DNA of 64,000 nucleotides. Origin: Octopus vulgaris (Eukaryota). Both the position numbers and the translations under genes were made by a program. Below are positions 43,559-58,737 of this stretch, piece after piece. The stretch covers positions 38,192,001 to 38,256,000 of the forward strand of contig OX597838.1 of assembly GCA_951406725.2 (NCBI GenBank), in the 5' to 3' direction. Numbering within the stretch: position 1 is the first letter of the stretch; each line of letters opens with the position of its first letter. The notes beneath the pieces are model-generated. The model was not told the origin of the DNA, ran no database searches, and was given only the letters and a program-made list of their open reading frames with translations.

Positions 43559-44843
43559 CGAGGGACGTTCAATAAGTAATGTCCCTGACCCACTAGCAGT
43601 TGTTTGATCTAGCTTAAATTTTGCATGTGCAATCATTTATATCTCTATAGAGTAAGTGGCAAATTACAGCTCTAATTGTGGTTTCTGATTTACAGGTGTT
43701 TGAACCGAGTCAAGTGTGAAATGGAGCCTGTTGAGTGTCGAGCAGTGATCCGGTTTTTGTATTTGAAAGGACGCACACCACGGGAGACTTTTGATGAAAT
43801 GACAGTAACTTATGGTGATGATGCCCCATCATTTGACCTTGTAAAACGCTGGAATCGTGAATTCAAACATGGTCGGAACTCTGTGGAAACAGCTCCCAGA
43901 TCTGGTCGCCCCTTCTGCCATTGATGAGGCATCTGTCCGTCAAGTTGAGGCTGCCATTTTGGAAGATCGACGCATAATTATTCGCCAAATAGCCCATGAG
44001 GTCAAGATTAGTACCGGGTCTGTGGAAACTTTCGCCAAATAGCCCATGAGGTCAAGATTAGTACCGGGTCTGTGGAAACTATCATTCATGACCATTTGCA
44101 TATGCAAAAGATGTCTGCCAGATGGATTCCCAGGTTGCTCACGCCTTTCCAGAAGCAAGAACGCGTCGAGTGCTCGAGGGTGAATTTGGAGATGTGCCAA
44201 GAAGATGAGTCAAAATTTTTCAAATGACTGATTACACAGGATGAAACCTGAGTCCATCACGATGATCCAGAGACCAAAGCCCAGTCAATGCAGTGGAAGC
44301 ACCATGACTCACCCCCTCCAAAGAAGGCAAGAGTGCAGCCCTCCGCTGGCAAGGTCATGCTCACAGTCTTCTGGGACCAGGACGGAGTAGTGATGACAGA
44401 TTTCCTGGCAAAGGGTACCACAATTGCAGGAGCCTATTACGCTTCACTTTTGAGGAAATTAAGAGAAGTTATCAAAATCAAGAGGCGGGGCAAGATCAGC
44501 AAAGGCATCCTCTCCTCAGGACAACGCTCCGGTCCACAACTCGCTTGTCGCCAGATCAGAAGCACAGGCGTATGGCTATGAACTCCTCCCCATCCCCCTA
44601 CTTTCCTGACCTTGTCTGATTTCACAACTCGTTTCTTGTCAGCCAGATTTCTGAAGTCACCTTGAGGTTGGAGGACAAGCTGGGTTCTTCTACAAAAACG
44701 GTCTCCAGAGCCGCATCAAACGATGGGAGAAATGCGTAACTCTGGGTGGTTCCTATGTAGAAAAGACTAATAACTGTGCCAAGTTTCGTTGTTCTACTGC
44801 TATGGGAAGTGGGTCAGGGGCATTACTTATTGAACGCCCGTCG
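43559..44843 (+). mobile_element. Full-length decayed mariner transposon
   Basis: TIRs cgagggacgttcaataagtaatg.ccctgacccac / gtgggtcaggggcattacttattgaacgcccgtcg with TA TSD. Transposase starts at 43721 (MEPVECRAVIRFL), with WIPRLL, DET*V, KVMLTVFWD and HPPYFPDL motifs, broken by frameshifts and stops. Confidence 0.95.
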
Positions 44844-46207
44844 TAATTGCGCATAATTTGTATAACAATACTTCTACAACACGTATTGAGTGTAGTTAGT
44901 CTCGCTTACGGAACAGAAATTTGGACAGGCACAGGGATATCTATGCTGCTGAGGAGTTCGCTTTCCAACCACGTGGTTTCGGGTTCAATCTAGCCGAAAG
45001 TACTTTGCTGACGAGGGTCTCGGGCACTCGTCATGCTTCGCTCGACGGTACGTATACATACATACGAAGGGTGCTTGAAAGTTCCTGGCTTTAAGGCTAT
45101 CGTAGAAAGACCCAAAATTCTAAGTTCTTTTACAGGAATGGACTTCCCTTCCGCAAGAACTGTTACGTGTCTGAAGAGGTGGTCATATCGAATAATATAG
45201 AAGTGTCACAATAGTGTTTCTTTTACCATTGCATTGCAGGGCTGGGACATGAAATATAACAATATTTTGCTTCGGCAGAATTGAAATAAGCTGGTTGCCT
45301 TGGTTGACACACTGATTGTTTAAGAGGGCGCGTGGCCTAGTGGTTATGGTGTTGCACCCACGATCTAGCGGTTGTGATTTCAATTACAAGACAGGGTTGT
45401 GCGTTGTGTTCTTAAGCAAAACACTTTATTTCACGTTGATCTGCGATCCCTTTGACACGTAGCACCCGGCATTATACACTCGTTATTCCAATGTATGAAT
45501 GAAAGTGTGTGGTAGCCTGTTGTGTATATATAATTGTTTGTGTATGTTAAGGGGAGTCTTTGTGTTTGAGTTTGTTCCCCAATCCCAGCGGCTGATAACT
45601 GGTGGGGGTCTGTTTAAGCCTCCTTACCATAGCAGTTAAGCAAAAGACAATGAGAGAATAAGACTTGAAAAAAATTCGTTCGATTAAACTCATCAAGAGG
45701 GCGCCCCAGCATGGCCGCCGTCCAGTGATTGCAAGAGGTCAAAATCAAAGATAACACATGCTTAAACGTATGTAAATATATACGCATACATATATGCACA
45801 GATATATACACACACACTCATATATGAGTGAGTGTGTGCGTGTGTTTGTTTGTTTGAGTTTATCCGCCAACCCCACCGCTTGACAACCGGTGCTGGTCTG
45901 TTTAGGCCCTCGTAACATAGCAGTTCTCCAAAGGTGAATGATAGAATAAGTAACAGTCTTTAAAAAAATGTGTGTTGAGACGATCCGTGCGATTATACAC
46001 GTCAAGGAGGTGCCCCAGCATTGCCGGCGCCCAATGATTGCAAGAAGGCAAAATAAAATATAACAGATGTTTATATGTATGAAAATATACACATATACGT
46101 GCACATACATAAACACATATATATATACACACAGATACATACATACATACATACATACATACATACATACATACATACATACATACATACATACATACAT
46201 ACATAAA

Positions 46208-46436
46208 GGCGGCGAGCTGGCAGAAACGTTAGCACACCGGGCGATATGCTTAGCGGTATTGCGTCTGTCGTTGCGTTCTGAGTTCAAATTCCGCCGAGGT
46301 CGACTTTGCCTTTCATCCTTTCGGGGTCGATAAATTAAGTACCAGTTACGCACTGGGGTCGATGTAGTCGACTTAATCCGTTTATCTGTCCTTGTTTGTC
46401 CCCTCTATGTTTAGCCCCTTGTGGGCAATAAAGAAA
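46208..46436 (+). mobile_element. SINE family B
   Basis: Full-length copy inside a (TACA)n run. Confidence 0.9.
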
Positions 46437-47874
46437 CACATACATACATACATACATAAGTACATACTCATGTATGAGTGAGTGTGCGTGCGTGTGTATG
46501 TGTGTATGCGCGCGCGCCTCTGCGAGTTTAAGACCTGATTTAGATAACGAATGCAGAGCAGTTAGGAATAATATAAATATTAAACAAGGACAGAGATTCC
46601 GCATTTACTTTACAATATTTAATAATGGATTAGGAAATGTTTTAAGGTAAATGCGCAGTCGCGACTCAATCCTATTGATATTTAATCTGTTCTCACTGGT
46701 ATTGCAATGGCTTTTTAAATCACTGTGTAGACTGAGCATGAAATACCATTCATTATTCAACATAGAGAATAACCATGTTGTATTTATAAGAAATGTTTGG
46801 CGGCTAACACGATGATTATGGGAATTGAATTTGGCAAATGGCAATGGAATCTGCTTCTATTATTTGGTTTGGCATCTTAATTCCTTAACCTATGGACATC
46901 CGTCTGATTTAGTAAATATAGGGTGTGCAAAAAAGAATAAGAATTTATTCTGTAAAGCTGTGGATTAACTACTAAGAGACTAATGTAAAGTGATATTAGA
47001 CAGTTATAAACACTTTTTGAAAGCATAAAAGAGCAAGAAGATATTTTGTCGAGATCAAAGCGACTTATCTATCGCAGACTGGGAGATCGCTTCCACGCAT
47101 ACATAGCACTATACATTCTCTATTCAATTTACCAGAAGTAAAAAAAAAACATTGTTTGTTATATAGCGCTAACTCCCCCTAAGACATTTCGCGCTAGCAG
47201 TATAGGATATTCTCCTAATGTCCTACATGCCAAAGTGTTTCTCTGTCGTTCCATGTCTGGAATCACAATAAAAGATGAGCATAAAGACTTCCTGTATCAT
47301 ATAGGCTGGTAGCACAAGATTTCTGGCTTCCTTTGTGTATATATTTCTCAACTGGACGCGATGCCAGTCCGTCACAGGACTACCAATATATAACGCCAAA
47401 CCCCACTTGGATATTTTGTCTGATAATTCGCACTAACAGTATGCGATATTCTCTTAATATCCAGCATAGTAAAGTGTTTTACTTTGCCTCCATGCTTGTA
47501 ACAAGAATAACAAAATTAAAGACTGGACGATAAAGGTCCTTCCTGAGTCATATACACTCACGGGGCTAGTTTCACGATTTCTGTGGTGTGTATACCTTTC
47601 AACTGGATGCAAAGTCCAATCGATCGCAGCATTACTCATATACAACGCTAAAATTCCGTGCAGCACGGAATTTTGTCAGTGAACAGGAACAGGTGGCGGT
47701 TTCAAAGGGACGAAACTATTTTGACAAATTATATTTAAATGTTGAAGTGAATCTGGCAGTTTTTGTATTTTTAAATGGCTTATAAACACTTTCCACGGTG
47801 CAATTGTTTATGTGTACCGTTGGCGATTTTTTTTCTTCTGTTTTCCCTTCTCTGGATCTTTCCTTCTCCTATGT

Positions 47875-47905
47875 TTCCGACGAAGAGCTCCGCTCGAAAC
47901 GTTAA
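47875..47905 (+). ncRNA. Hammerhead-like motif (CCGACGA variant)
   Basis: tt-CCGACGA-a-gagc tcc gctc-GAAA-cg-TT-aa, within a repeat that ends at (TA)n near 48007. Confidence 0.5.
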
Positions 47906-48006
47906 GCCCTCCTTCTTTCCTTCTTTCCTGAGCGTCCAATAATACTATATTTGTTCCACGTCCTCGCGTTGTTGTGTGTTTTTTGTGTTTTCTTGTTTGG
48001 ATTAAC

Positions 48007-48052
<46 letters not shown>

Positions 48053-48246
48053 TGTATGTGTATATATGTTTGTGTGTGTATGTGTGTGTGTGTGTGAGTG
48101 AGTAAATATAAGGCAAGTCGATATACAAATAATATTAAATGCATTTAATCCAAAAAGTGTATATATGTTAAAATATAAAACGGTCCGACTTACACAGAAT
48201 AGAAATGATATTCGGAATTAAAGATGTTGAATAAGAGATTTACGAG

Positions 48247-48348
48247 TCCAACAGCTGTTTCTGGTCGCTTCGTGGTCTAAAATAATGATTATATGTTGAT
48301 TATATGTTGATTCCATCGTCGAATAATACCAGCCTCCGTCTTCAGGGA
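48247..48348 (-). ncRNA. Type I hammerhead motif with long stem II
   Basis: Minus strand tcc-CTGAAGA-cgg...cca-GAAA-cagctg-TT-gga, with palindromic helix III ACAGCTGT. Confidence 0.65.
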
Positions 48349-48567
48349 AGAAATTTACATTTGAGGTGTTGACAGAACGGAATTTAAAGTTGTAATTTTT
48401 AAAATTAATCTTTTTTGCATATCGACTTGCCTAACAGGCTTGTCGTTACATTTGCTCCTTCATCTGCTGAAATTGAAATCTCTTGACCTCTACGAAGTAT
48501 ATTCAATACGTAGAATACCTGCCTCTAATCTCTCTCTTGTTTGTTTTTCTTTGTTTTGGATTCACTA

Positions 48568-48600
<33 letters not shown>

Positions 48601-48603
<3 letters not shown>

Positions 48604-48910
48604 AGACCGGGCGTTGTGAGTGTTTATTGAGCGAAAACACCTAAAGCTCCACGAGGCTCCGGCAGGTGATTCCTGCTGTACTCTTTCACCACAACATTGT
48701 CTCACTCTTACTTCCTGTTTCTGTTGTACCTGTATTTCAAGGGGCCGGCCTTGTCACTCTCTGTGTCATGCTGAATATCCCCGAGAACTGCGTTAAGGGT
48801 ACACGTGTCTGTGGAGTGCTCAGCCACTTACACGTTAATTTCACGAGCAGGCTGTTCAGTTGATTCGGATCAACCGGAACCCTCGTCGTCGTACCCGACG
48901 GAGTGCTTCC
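48601..48910 (+). mobile_element. Chimeric SINE (family D 5' part, family C 3' part)
   Basis: 48601-48720 matches family D; 48723-48910 matches the family C body and tail. Confidence 0.8.
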
Positions 48911-48952
48911 ATCCATCATATATATATATATATATATATACATCTATATATA

Positions 48953-49001
<49 letters not shown>

Positions 49002-49006
<5 letters not shown>

Positions 49007-49270
49007 TGACGAGAGGTAATGGTGTCAATAAAACCCAAAGGTGTCAGGTAATGCTGAGTAAGTGCTATGGATAGACCATAGGACAGACTCCAGGTTCGGT
49101 GATTATGCGAATGAGTCCAACGTAGGTCATATATCAGCATGTGTATATATAAAAAAATAACAGAATGAGATAAAATCCAAGGCTGTGAAAGGTTTCAGAA
49201 CATTTATAAAGAGAAGAAATCTTTCACAGCCTTGAATTTTTATCTCATTCTGTTAATTTTTTATATATAT
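49002..49270 (-). mobile_element. PLE pLTR-like repeat with terminal inversion
   Basis: Homologous to 31782-32000. Arms 49144-49196 and 49216-49270 are inverted. Confidence 0.65.
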
Positions 49271-50354
49271 TTACTGGGAGTTACAGTTTGATTTAGATTC
49301 CTAGGTACTCTGAGTTTCAAGCACATGGCTAGTCTTCGGTCATTGGAGTGTGAATGAGAGTTCGATTCAAGAATGTGAATGTTTATAAACTGCGACTGGT
49401 CGAGAAAGGTCACGTGGTATTCAGTAAATTCAGCAGCAGCAGCAGTTAGATGGAAAATACCGTCTGGTGGAGGAGAAATACCATGTGGTGGTCTTGTGGT
49501 TGGGACGAAGTCGGAAGAGCCGTTAGTTGTGGGGGTATATATGTATATATGTACATGTATATGCCCATATATCTACGTGTGTGCATCATTACTTATATCA
49601 GTGAGTATGTGTGTTCAGATGTACATCCACACATCCGCACGCGCACACACATACACACACACACATCCGAAGACACGCACACATACACACACACACCCGA
49701 AGACACACACGCACACACGAGTGCGCAGGTGTTCATACGTGCACACGCACGGATGCACATGTATATGGGCGTGCACGCGCACACGTGTACGCATAGCGTG
49801 AGCAGATGCATATGCGCACTGACGTACACTTGTCCGCACGCACACACGTACTCATGTAGTCATGTACAAACGGTGAGAGTGTGCGGGTAGACAGGCATGG
49901 AAAAGTGATGGAAGACACATGGAGAAGTGTTGGTAGACAAACGTGGTGAATGATTTGTGGTTTACGGTGCTGTTGAGGGGGTTAATTTTTGACGGTGACC
50001 CTTCTGCAGGCGGTGCTAGAAGTGGCTGGCACTAAGGATGTATATCTGAGTTGTCGGCGGCCAGTGATTTGAAATTTCTATTATTGGCACTCCCTTCTAA
50101 CTTTTGGTCAGCGGTGGTGCCCGAGCATGGCCGCGGCCTTCGGGCTAAAACATTTTTAAGGATTTAAGGATTAAGCCATATTCACACAATCACCACCATT
50201 CTCACATACCCACGGGCGTGCGAGAATAAATTCGTTCGACTGTGTCACCGTCATTATCTCCCTTTCATTCAATCTCTTTTATTTCTGGCTATTTCGTCAT
50301 GTTGAACCGTTAATCCCTACAAACATTTCTTTGTTTCTCCTTTTCTCCTTAATC

Positions 50355-50390
50355 CTTTCTGACGAAGAGCGTAGGCTCGAAACTTAAAAG
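50355..50390 (+). ncRNA. Minimal hammerhead motif, intact core
   Basis: cttt-CTGACGA-a-gagc gtag gctc-GAAA-ct-TA-aaag. Confidence 0.65.
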
Positions 50391-51354
50391 ACTTTTCCAT
50401 TATTCTCGAGCGTTAAACTAATACTTGTTATTCCTACACCTGTCTTCGTGTTTTGTATTCTGTATATTTGAACTATATACACAAGACAAGGCAGTAATGA
50501 TGGTCATTGCATATTTCTTTATTGTAGTAAATTTGTCTACGCTTTTCAGCAATCATTACAAGTTCGTTTTTCTTAGGATTCCTCAATCGCACCATTGATC
50601 AGTTAAGAATAATTCTTTTAGCATTTTTTCAGTGTTCTATCCATCTATAACCAAGAATGACTTGGACGAATATAGTATAAATTTCCTAGGTAATTCAATT
50701 TTTTTCCCGACAGATCAATGGGCTGTTTGAGTAAATCTATCACTAACGAACATAAAATTACTACTCGAAACAGGTGTAAGTCAAATTTAAAACAATGAAG
50801 AAATAATCAATGACCATTATGCATGCCTGGTCTTGGTGTGTAAAAACCAGTATAGCTAGAATACAATAATGGATTTACAATATGGACAGGGAACTATTAT
50901 CTCGGATCCTGCTACAAGAATAAGCGGAAATATATTCTAATCCAAACAATATTGTTAGCCTGGCGTACTAACAGAGAGCTTATAAAGTATTTTGCCCGGA
51001 TTGATAATCCCTCACCAATAACTGTTTTGTGCATGTATGTATATATGTATGCGTGTCTATATTTATATATGTATGTATATGTAAGTGTGCGTGTATCTTT
51101 GTGTTCGTGGTGAGTTCCCGATTACCGATCCCTACTGGTTTGTTCACATCTCTGTAACCAGGGTCGGCTCAAGGTACTGGCAACTCTGTCAGTATATATA
51201 TATATACATATATACGACGGGCTTCTTTCAGTTTCCATCTACCAAATCCACTCACAAAGCTTTGGTCGCCTTGAGGCTATAGTAGAAGGCACTTACCCAA
51301 GGTCCCACGCAGTGGGACTGAACACGGAACCAAGTGGTTAGTAAGCAGGCTACT

Positions 51355-53035
51355 TTATTTCAAAAATGTTGGCATAAAGGTATGATACAGAGTAGCTTGC
51401 GGGCTGGATAAAGACATTGATGAGGTGAATGATGATAAGGATGGTATCAATGAGAGAAGACAAAAAACGCCCGCCGATTTCTGCTTCTCTAAAACATTAT
51501 TCTCTTTTTTTTTCCACAGAAAAAGACAAAGCGAGATAATGAACCTTTTACTTCAGTTTTACAATTATTGGAATAATAGTCCATTTAAGAATTGGGGCGT
51601 TAAGCCTCTTAAACACAATAACATGCAATAAACATTATAACACTGAGGCTTTTCAACCTCTTGTTGCTATTCCTCCCCAACATCGCTTGTGTCCGTATAC
51701 TCCACCGTCCCCCACGCCTCATTCAAGACCAATGCGGGATCCGAGTCGGCGTCGCCCGGCGATATTCCTCATTGAGTCCCTGCAGCCTATACGTCAAGGG
51801 CAACGTTTGCGGAGGCCATTCGGGATCCTGTGTGAAGGTTAAAAGTACTCCCTTATTGTGCTTTTCCACCACCTCTTCTACCTCTCCGCCTCTGTAGGAG
51901 AATACCAATAGTTCCTCTTCTTCCGAGTTCGAGGTAGTCAATTCTACCGTTGGCGGCACAATTCCCCCAACAGTATCTCTTCCCCTGCCGGTGGCACAAC
52001 ACTTACCTGCAAAGTTCCGAGACATTCCGGTACTATGTCACCGACTGCCGGCAATGTCCTTTTTCTCTTCCTCTTTCTCCTTTTTTCTCTCAACTGAGGG
52101 AGGGTGCGTCTCCTCCGTGATCGGGAGATTCGCATCCCCTCTCCCCTCCCTAGGATCCTTCGGTGAGCACCCATTATTGCTCACCTTCTTCCTCTTACGA
52201 CCCTTCTTTGAGGTTTCCTCCGTTTCCTCGGCAGTCTTCGTTCCTTCTTCTACAGAGGTCTCAATCAACTGCTCCAGGACTCTGCTTTGTTCCTGAGGAC
52301 AGATTTTCTTTATATGGCCAGGCTCCAGGCACCGATGACACCTGGAAGGGGCCACCCTCAAGAATCACCGGGTACCTGCACCCGAGCATTTTCAAAAAAG
52401 CTGACATAACCAGATTCATGACTGATTAGGACCGTAGGGTCAAAACAGATTTTGACCCAACCCAATCAACCGCAGGAAGAATTTTTACATTGAGGAGCCT
52501 GGCTCCGCTGCCACCCAGACCTCGACGGATAGTATCCTCTATCCATTGGGGTTCGTTTCCGGGTGGCAAACCACAGAACCAAGTCCTCGTCAATTTTTTC
52601 CCACAATAAGTGGAAAGAAACAGAATTTCTTTACCCTCAAAGTGCTGGCTCGCAAAACTGCGTGCCTACTCTGGGGTGTCAAAGAAATCTTCTGGGCATC
52701 CAGGTACTCCAAGCCCTATGGGACTCCGATTAGAACATGGACTGCTCCACTTGAAATACAGCTTTCCAATTTTTGGTAAACGTAGTTGTAAAAATATACA
52801 CTATTCACAAACAGCGAACAACATTTGGTGAGAGGATACGCCACCAAACTTTACTTCTCACAATGAGAAAAGGTTTTCACTTCATGTGAACACTTAAAAT
52901 ACAGTTTTCCAATAAATGGTAAATGTTGTTGTAAAAACATACACTATTAAAAATTGAGCAACTTTTGGTTGGATGATACGCCCCTAAACTGTACTTTTCA
53001 CAATGAGAAAAAACATTTCACTTAATGTGAACAAT
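51355..53035 (-). mobile_element. Decayed Tx1/L1-type 5' half (5' region, gag-like ORF1, probable start of APE)
   Basis: Zinc knuckle CHRCLEPGHIKKIC (CX2CX4HX4C) at about 52290-52345, then a low-complexity K/E-rich ORF1 tail; higher GC than the flanks. Confidence 0.7.
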
Positions 53036-54295
53036 ATTGCCGAACCGCAAGCAAACCAACATCCCGGATCGTGTGAGGACTGTTTGCAAAAAATATAACC
53101 ACAGACAACAACCGCCACTGGACCCAAGAGACAAAAGTCTTACCTTGCAGCATCTTCTTTTTGGCACGCTGAATATTGCCACCTATCTTCTTTTGTGCAC
53201 AACATAATGACGCATGCGTACACTGACAACAAAGATTCATGGGAAGTCTCAAACAGTCATGTGTTGGCAAGCAAGCTACTTACCACACAGCCACTCCTCC
53301 TGTTACATTTCATAAAAAGATTACTGATTTTTTTCTTCTTTACATTATTCTTGCGAGCTGCATATTTATGGCTCGAACACCGTTGATCACAGACTTTCTA
53401 GCATCAGGAATTACCAGGGGTATAACAGCAATATTTGATCCGGTCTGTTTTACATTCCCATCACTTTGAAAACTTTCGTGATATATACATTTCATAAACA
53501 GATGACTGATATTTTTTTCTTACCTCCAAATTCCAGCTAACGCTTTGTGCCCTACAACCACACGAATTCGAATTTGTAAATTAATCGCATATTAACCCTC
53601 AAAAAACGACCCTAATTTCCTTAACTTAAAGGCACTAGAAAGGGACACGGGTACAAGCGCAATTCTTTACATTGCTTCGTAAAACAAACACAAGACCAAA
53701 CAAACGTAACGCAAACCACAAACATGTTTTAAATATATGTATATATATATATATACACACATGTATATATATATATATGTGTGTGAGTGTGTGTATATAT
53801 ATATGCATATATATATATAAACATACATATATATATGTATGTATACATGTATATATATATTTATATATACAGTCATGTATATATATATATATATATGTAT
53901 GCATATACATATGTATATATATGTATACATATATACACACACAGACATATATTCTTTCTTGACTTCACACATACACGCGCCAAATGCATATGCAAGTGTA
54001 AGTATACACAGGTATACGATACGACTCCTGCCAAAACATATACACACAACTTCGTACACAGCGTATCCTGTGGCACACACATCACAGCGAAACATCCAAA
54101 AACGTAATTTCCCCCTTCATTTCCTACTACTACTACTACTACTACTACTACTATCACCTCCACTACCTCCATTACTACTACTACTACTACAATTCCTCCT
54201 GCTGAAGTTCGTTTCCCTCACCTTTTCTAATACCTTCCATCTCCCTACTCCCCACACTCGCACACACACATAAAACACACTCGTACACGCACATA

Positions 54296-54672
54296 CATAC
54301 ACTCACATAAATACATACATAGACACATATTCACACATACATATTCATGCATATACTTACACATAAACACACATATATATATATATATATATATACACTC
54401 ATACAAACACATACCTATATATTCCTACATAGACACACACTTATACTCACTTATACACATCCATACATGTATACACATAATACACACTCATACACGCACA
54501 TACATACAGTCATACATACACTCACATAAATACATACATAGACACACATTCACACATACATATTCATGCATATACTTACACATAAACACACATATATATA
54601 TATATATACACTCATACAAACACATACCTATATATTCCTACATAGACACACACTTATACTCACTTATACACA
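54296..54672. repeat. Local duplication of cryptic CA/TA-rich sequence (offset ~219)
   Basis: About 54296-54460 is repeated at about 54515-54672. Confidence 0.8.
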
Positions 54673-54729
54673 TAAATACACACTTCTACAGAAACAAATA
54701 AATACACGCACATTCGCATACACGTACAT

Positions 54730-54877
<148 letters not shown>

Positions 54878-55450
54878 TTACACATACACCCTCTTGAATA
54901 GACACAGATGCAAACAGGCATATGCACATTCACACACACACACACACAGATATACACGCACACAGAAGTGCATTGAAAGTACATACGTACAGCTTGCCAT
55001 TTTCTTCTTATCTTCCTCCTCCACCTGCCCCTCTTCCTTTCTTTCTTTTCTCCACACCATTCAACCGGAAGTTGCTATTTCATGTAAAAATCGTTCAATT
55101 TCAAGTTGCCTCCATTTCGTAATTTTCTTTTTCGTTTAGTTTTTTGGAGTTTTTTTATTTTGCTTTTTTTTTTACTATTTGTTGTTAGTAGTTGTTATTT
55201 TCTTTTGGTTTCGTTTTCGTTTTCCGACATTTAAAAAAAAAAAGATTTTTCTCCCTTCCCGTCACTTTGAAACTTATTTCTTGTATTCGTTTATTTAGCG
55301 CTTATACATACATACATACATACATGTTTATATATATACATGTATGTATATATATATATACACACATATATACATATATATATACATACATATACAGAAA
55401 TATGTATATATATTAAGCATCTGAGTATGAATGTATATATATATATATAA

Positions 55451-55518
<68 letters not shown>

Positions 55519-55608
55519 TCAATCAATGTATGTATATATATAATTAAGTATATATGCATATGTGAATGTATGTAAACGCTTATATATATATATATATATA
55601 TATATGTC

Positions 55609-55652
<44 letters not shown>

Positions 55653-55685
55653 CATATATATATATCAGTATATATATATTTGCAC

Positions 55686-55808
<123 letters not shown>

Positions 55809-56516
55809 TAAACATATGTATCACACTGTTAATGTTTTTTCTTATTTATTTATATTCTTATTTATTGCTCGATCTTTTCGTTACAGGGACATTGTTATTA
55901 CGTTGTTGCAGTTGTTGTTCTTCTTGTTTGTTTGTTTCATTTTGAATAAAAACAATAAGATGGTTTGTTTTGTTTATAATTTTCTTTTCATTTTCTTTCT
56001 AACTTATGCTTTGCGATATTTTTTTTTTTTGTTTCCTTCCTTTAAATTTTCTCCATCTTTCCTTTTTCTTCATTGTATTTTTTTTTTTTTTACTTTTTAT
56101 TCACCTGTTTGCAGAGTTCATTTTATTTATATCTTTATTCTATCATTGATTTCCTTTATTTTCTTTCTTTATATATTTATTTTACGTTTATTCTTCTCTC
56201 ACCTCATTTCCAGAAAACTGTCAGATATTTCCTCTCTATTTCGTCGCCTTTCTTACACTCTAAGAAGTGCGATGTCTCTTTTATTATATTCTATTATGTT
56301 ATGTATCTATTTATTTGCCTTTGGCTTCTTGAAAAAAAACATTTTTATTTGTCTGTCTTGTCTTGATTTTATTCCTTGTTCTCTTCTTCATTTTTCCATT
56401 TCTTTTCCATTTTTCTTACATTCATTCTTGAATATTTGCAGGACTTTTATACAGATTATTATTTTCTATTTTGCATGAGCCTTATTTTCTTATCATCTTC
56501 ATGCCCTCTACCACGG

Positions 56517-56552
<36 letters not shown>

Positions 56553-56769
56553 AACACGCACATGCACATGTATATATATATATATATAATTATAAGTACG
56601 TATGTATATACATGTATGTATATACATTTATACACACACACATATTTCTATATGTGTATATATGAATATATTTATATATATATATATACATATATATGCA
56701 TATATGAATATACATACATATATATGTATATATATATATGTATATATATATATGTATATATATATGTAT

Positions 56770-56865
<96 letters not shown>

Positions 56866-57101
56866 GTATATATAGGATTCGTTTGAATCTAAGTATCTTA
56901 ATGCGAAGGACACCAAGTTAGGGTAGGATTGGGATTCGCATATCTGTGTATAAACCGTATTCTGAAACAGATTTTTCACCGTGTAATCGAATTATATATG
57001 TGTAAAAAAACGCGTCTGGAACAGCTGTAGTGAAACTTAGCCCATTTGTATTCTTCCGATTACAGACACACACACGCACGCACACACACACGTATATATA
57101 C

Positions 57102-57173
<72 letters not shown>

Positions 57174-57414
57174 GTATATATATACGTATTTTGCTTTTAC
57201 TTTTGGTTTTGTGCTTCTTCAGATTCGTTCAGCATAATTATCGAACTCTTTCAGGTATAGAAGCAAAACCAGATTTAGAAATTTATGGAAATTTTCATGA
57301 TGCACCATATATAATTTCACAGCAAGAATGTTAGAATGTTCCCCGTCAGAGACGTTTCCCAACTTACATCACCTCCATCGAGCATAAATCACGTTGTACA
57401 GATATGGTATCTAC

Positions 57415-57505
<91 letters not shown>

Positions 57506-57766
57506 TGGTAGGTAGATATGCAGATAAATAGAGAGATAAAAAGATAGATAGAGAGATACATACATACATACGTAGGTAGGCAGGCAGGTAGGTAGGTAGG
57601 TAGGTAGGTAAGTAGGTAGGTAGGTAGGTAGGTAGGTAGGTAGGTAGGTAGGTAGGTACGTAAGTAGGGAGGTAGGTAGTAGGTAGGTATGTAGGTAGGT
57701 ATGTAGGTAGGTAGGTAGGTAGGTAGGTAGGTAGGTTGGTAGGTAGGTATCTAGGTAGGTAGGTAG

Positions 57767-58333
<567 letters not shown>

Positions 58334-58336
58334 AGT

Positions 58337-58736
58337 ATAGGCGTAGGAGTGGCTATGTCGTAAGTAGCATGCTTCCGAACCACATGGTTCCGGGTTCATT
58401 CCCACTACGGGGCACCTTGGGCAAGTGTCTTCTATTATAGCCTCGGGCTGACAAAAGCCTTGTGAGTGAATTTGGTTGACGGAAACTGAAAAAAGCCTGT
58501 CGCATATATGTATTTGCGTGTGTGTATGTTTGTGTGTCTGTGTCTGTCCCCTCACTATCGCATTGCTTGACAACCGATGGTGGTGTGTTTACGTCCCCGT
58601 AACTTAATGGTTCGGCAAAAGAAACCGATAGAATAAGTACAAGGCTTACAAAGAATAAGTCCTGTGGTCGATTTGCTCGACTAAAGGCAGTGCTCCAGCA
58701 TGGCCGCAGTCAAATGATTGAAACAAGTAAAAGAGT
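58337..58736 (+). mobile_element. SINE family A
   Basis: Full-length copy. Confidence 0.9.
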
Positions 58737-58737
58737 A

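Noticed and set aside
44990-45050. GAAA..CTGACGA arrangement as a type II hammerhead
   Set aside because: Stems I and II cannot be formed; it looks like a simple tgacgag/ctcgtca hairpin.
57180-57225. Additional HHR-like remnants (also about 30911-30948, 37770-37812, 60680-60715)
   Set aside because: Core or stem I is incomplete, so they are not listed as features.
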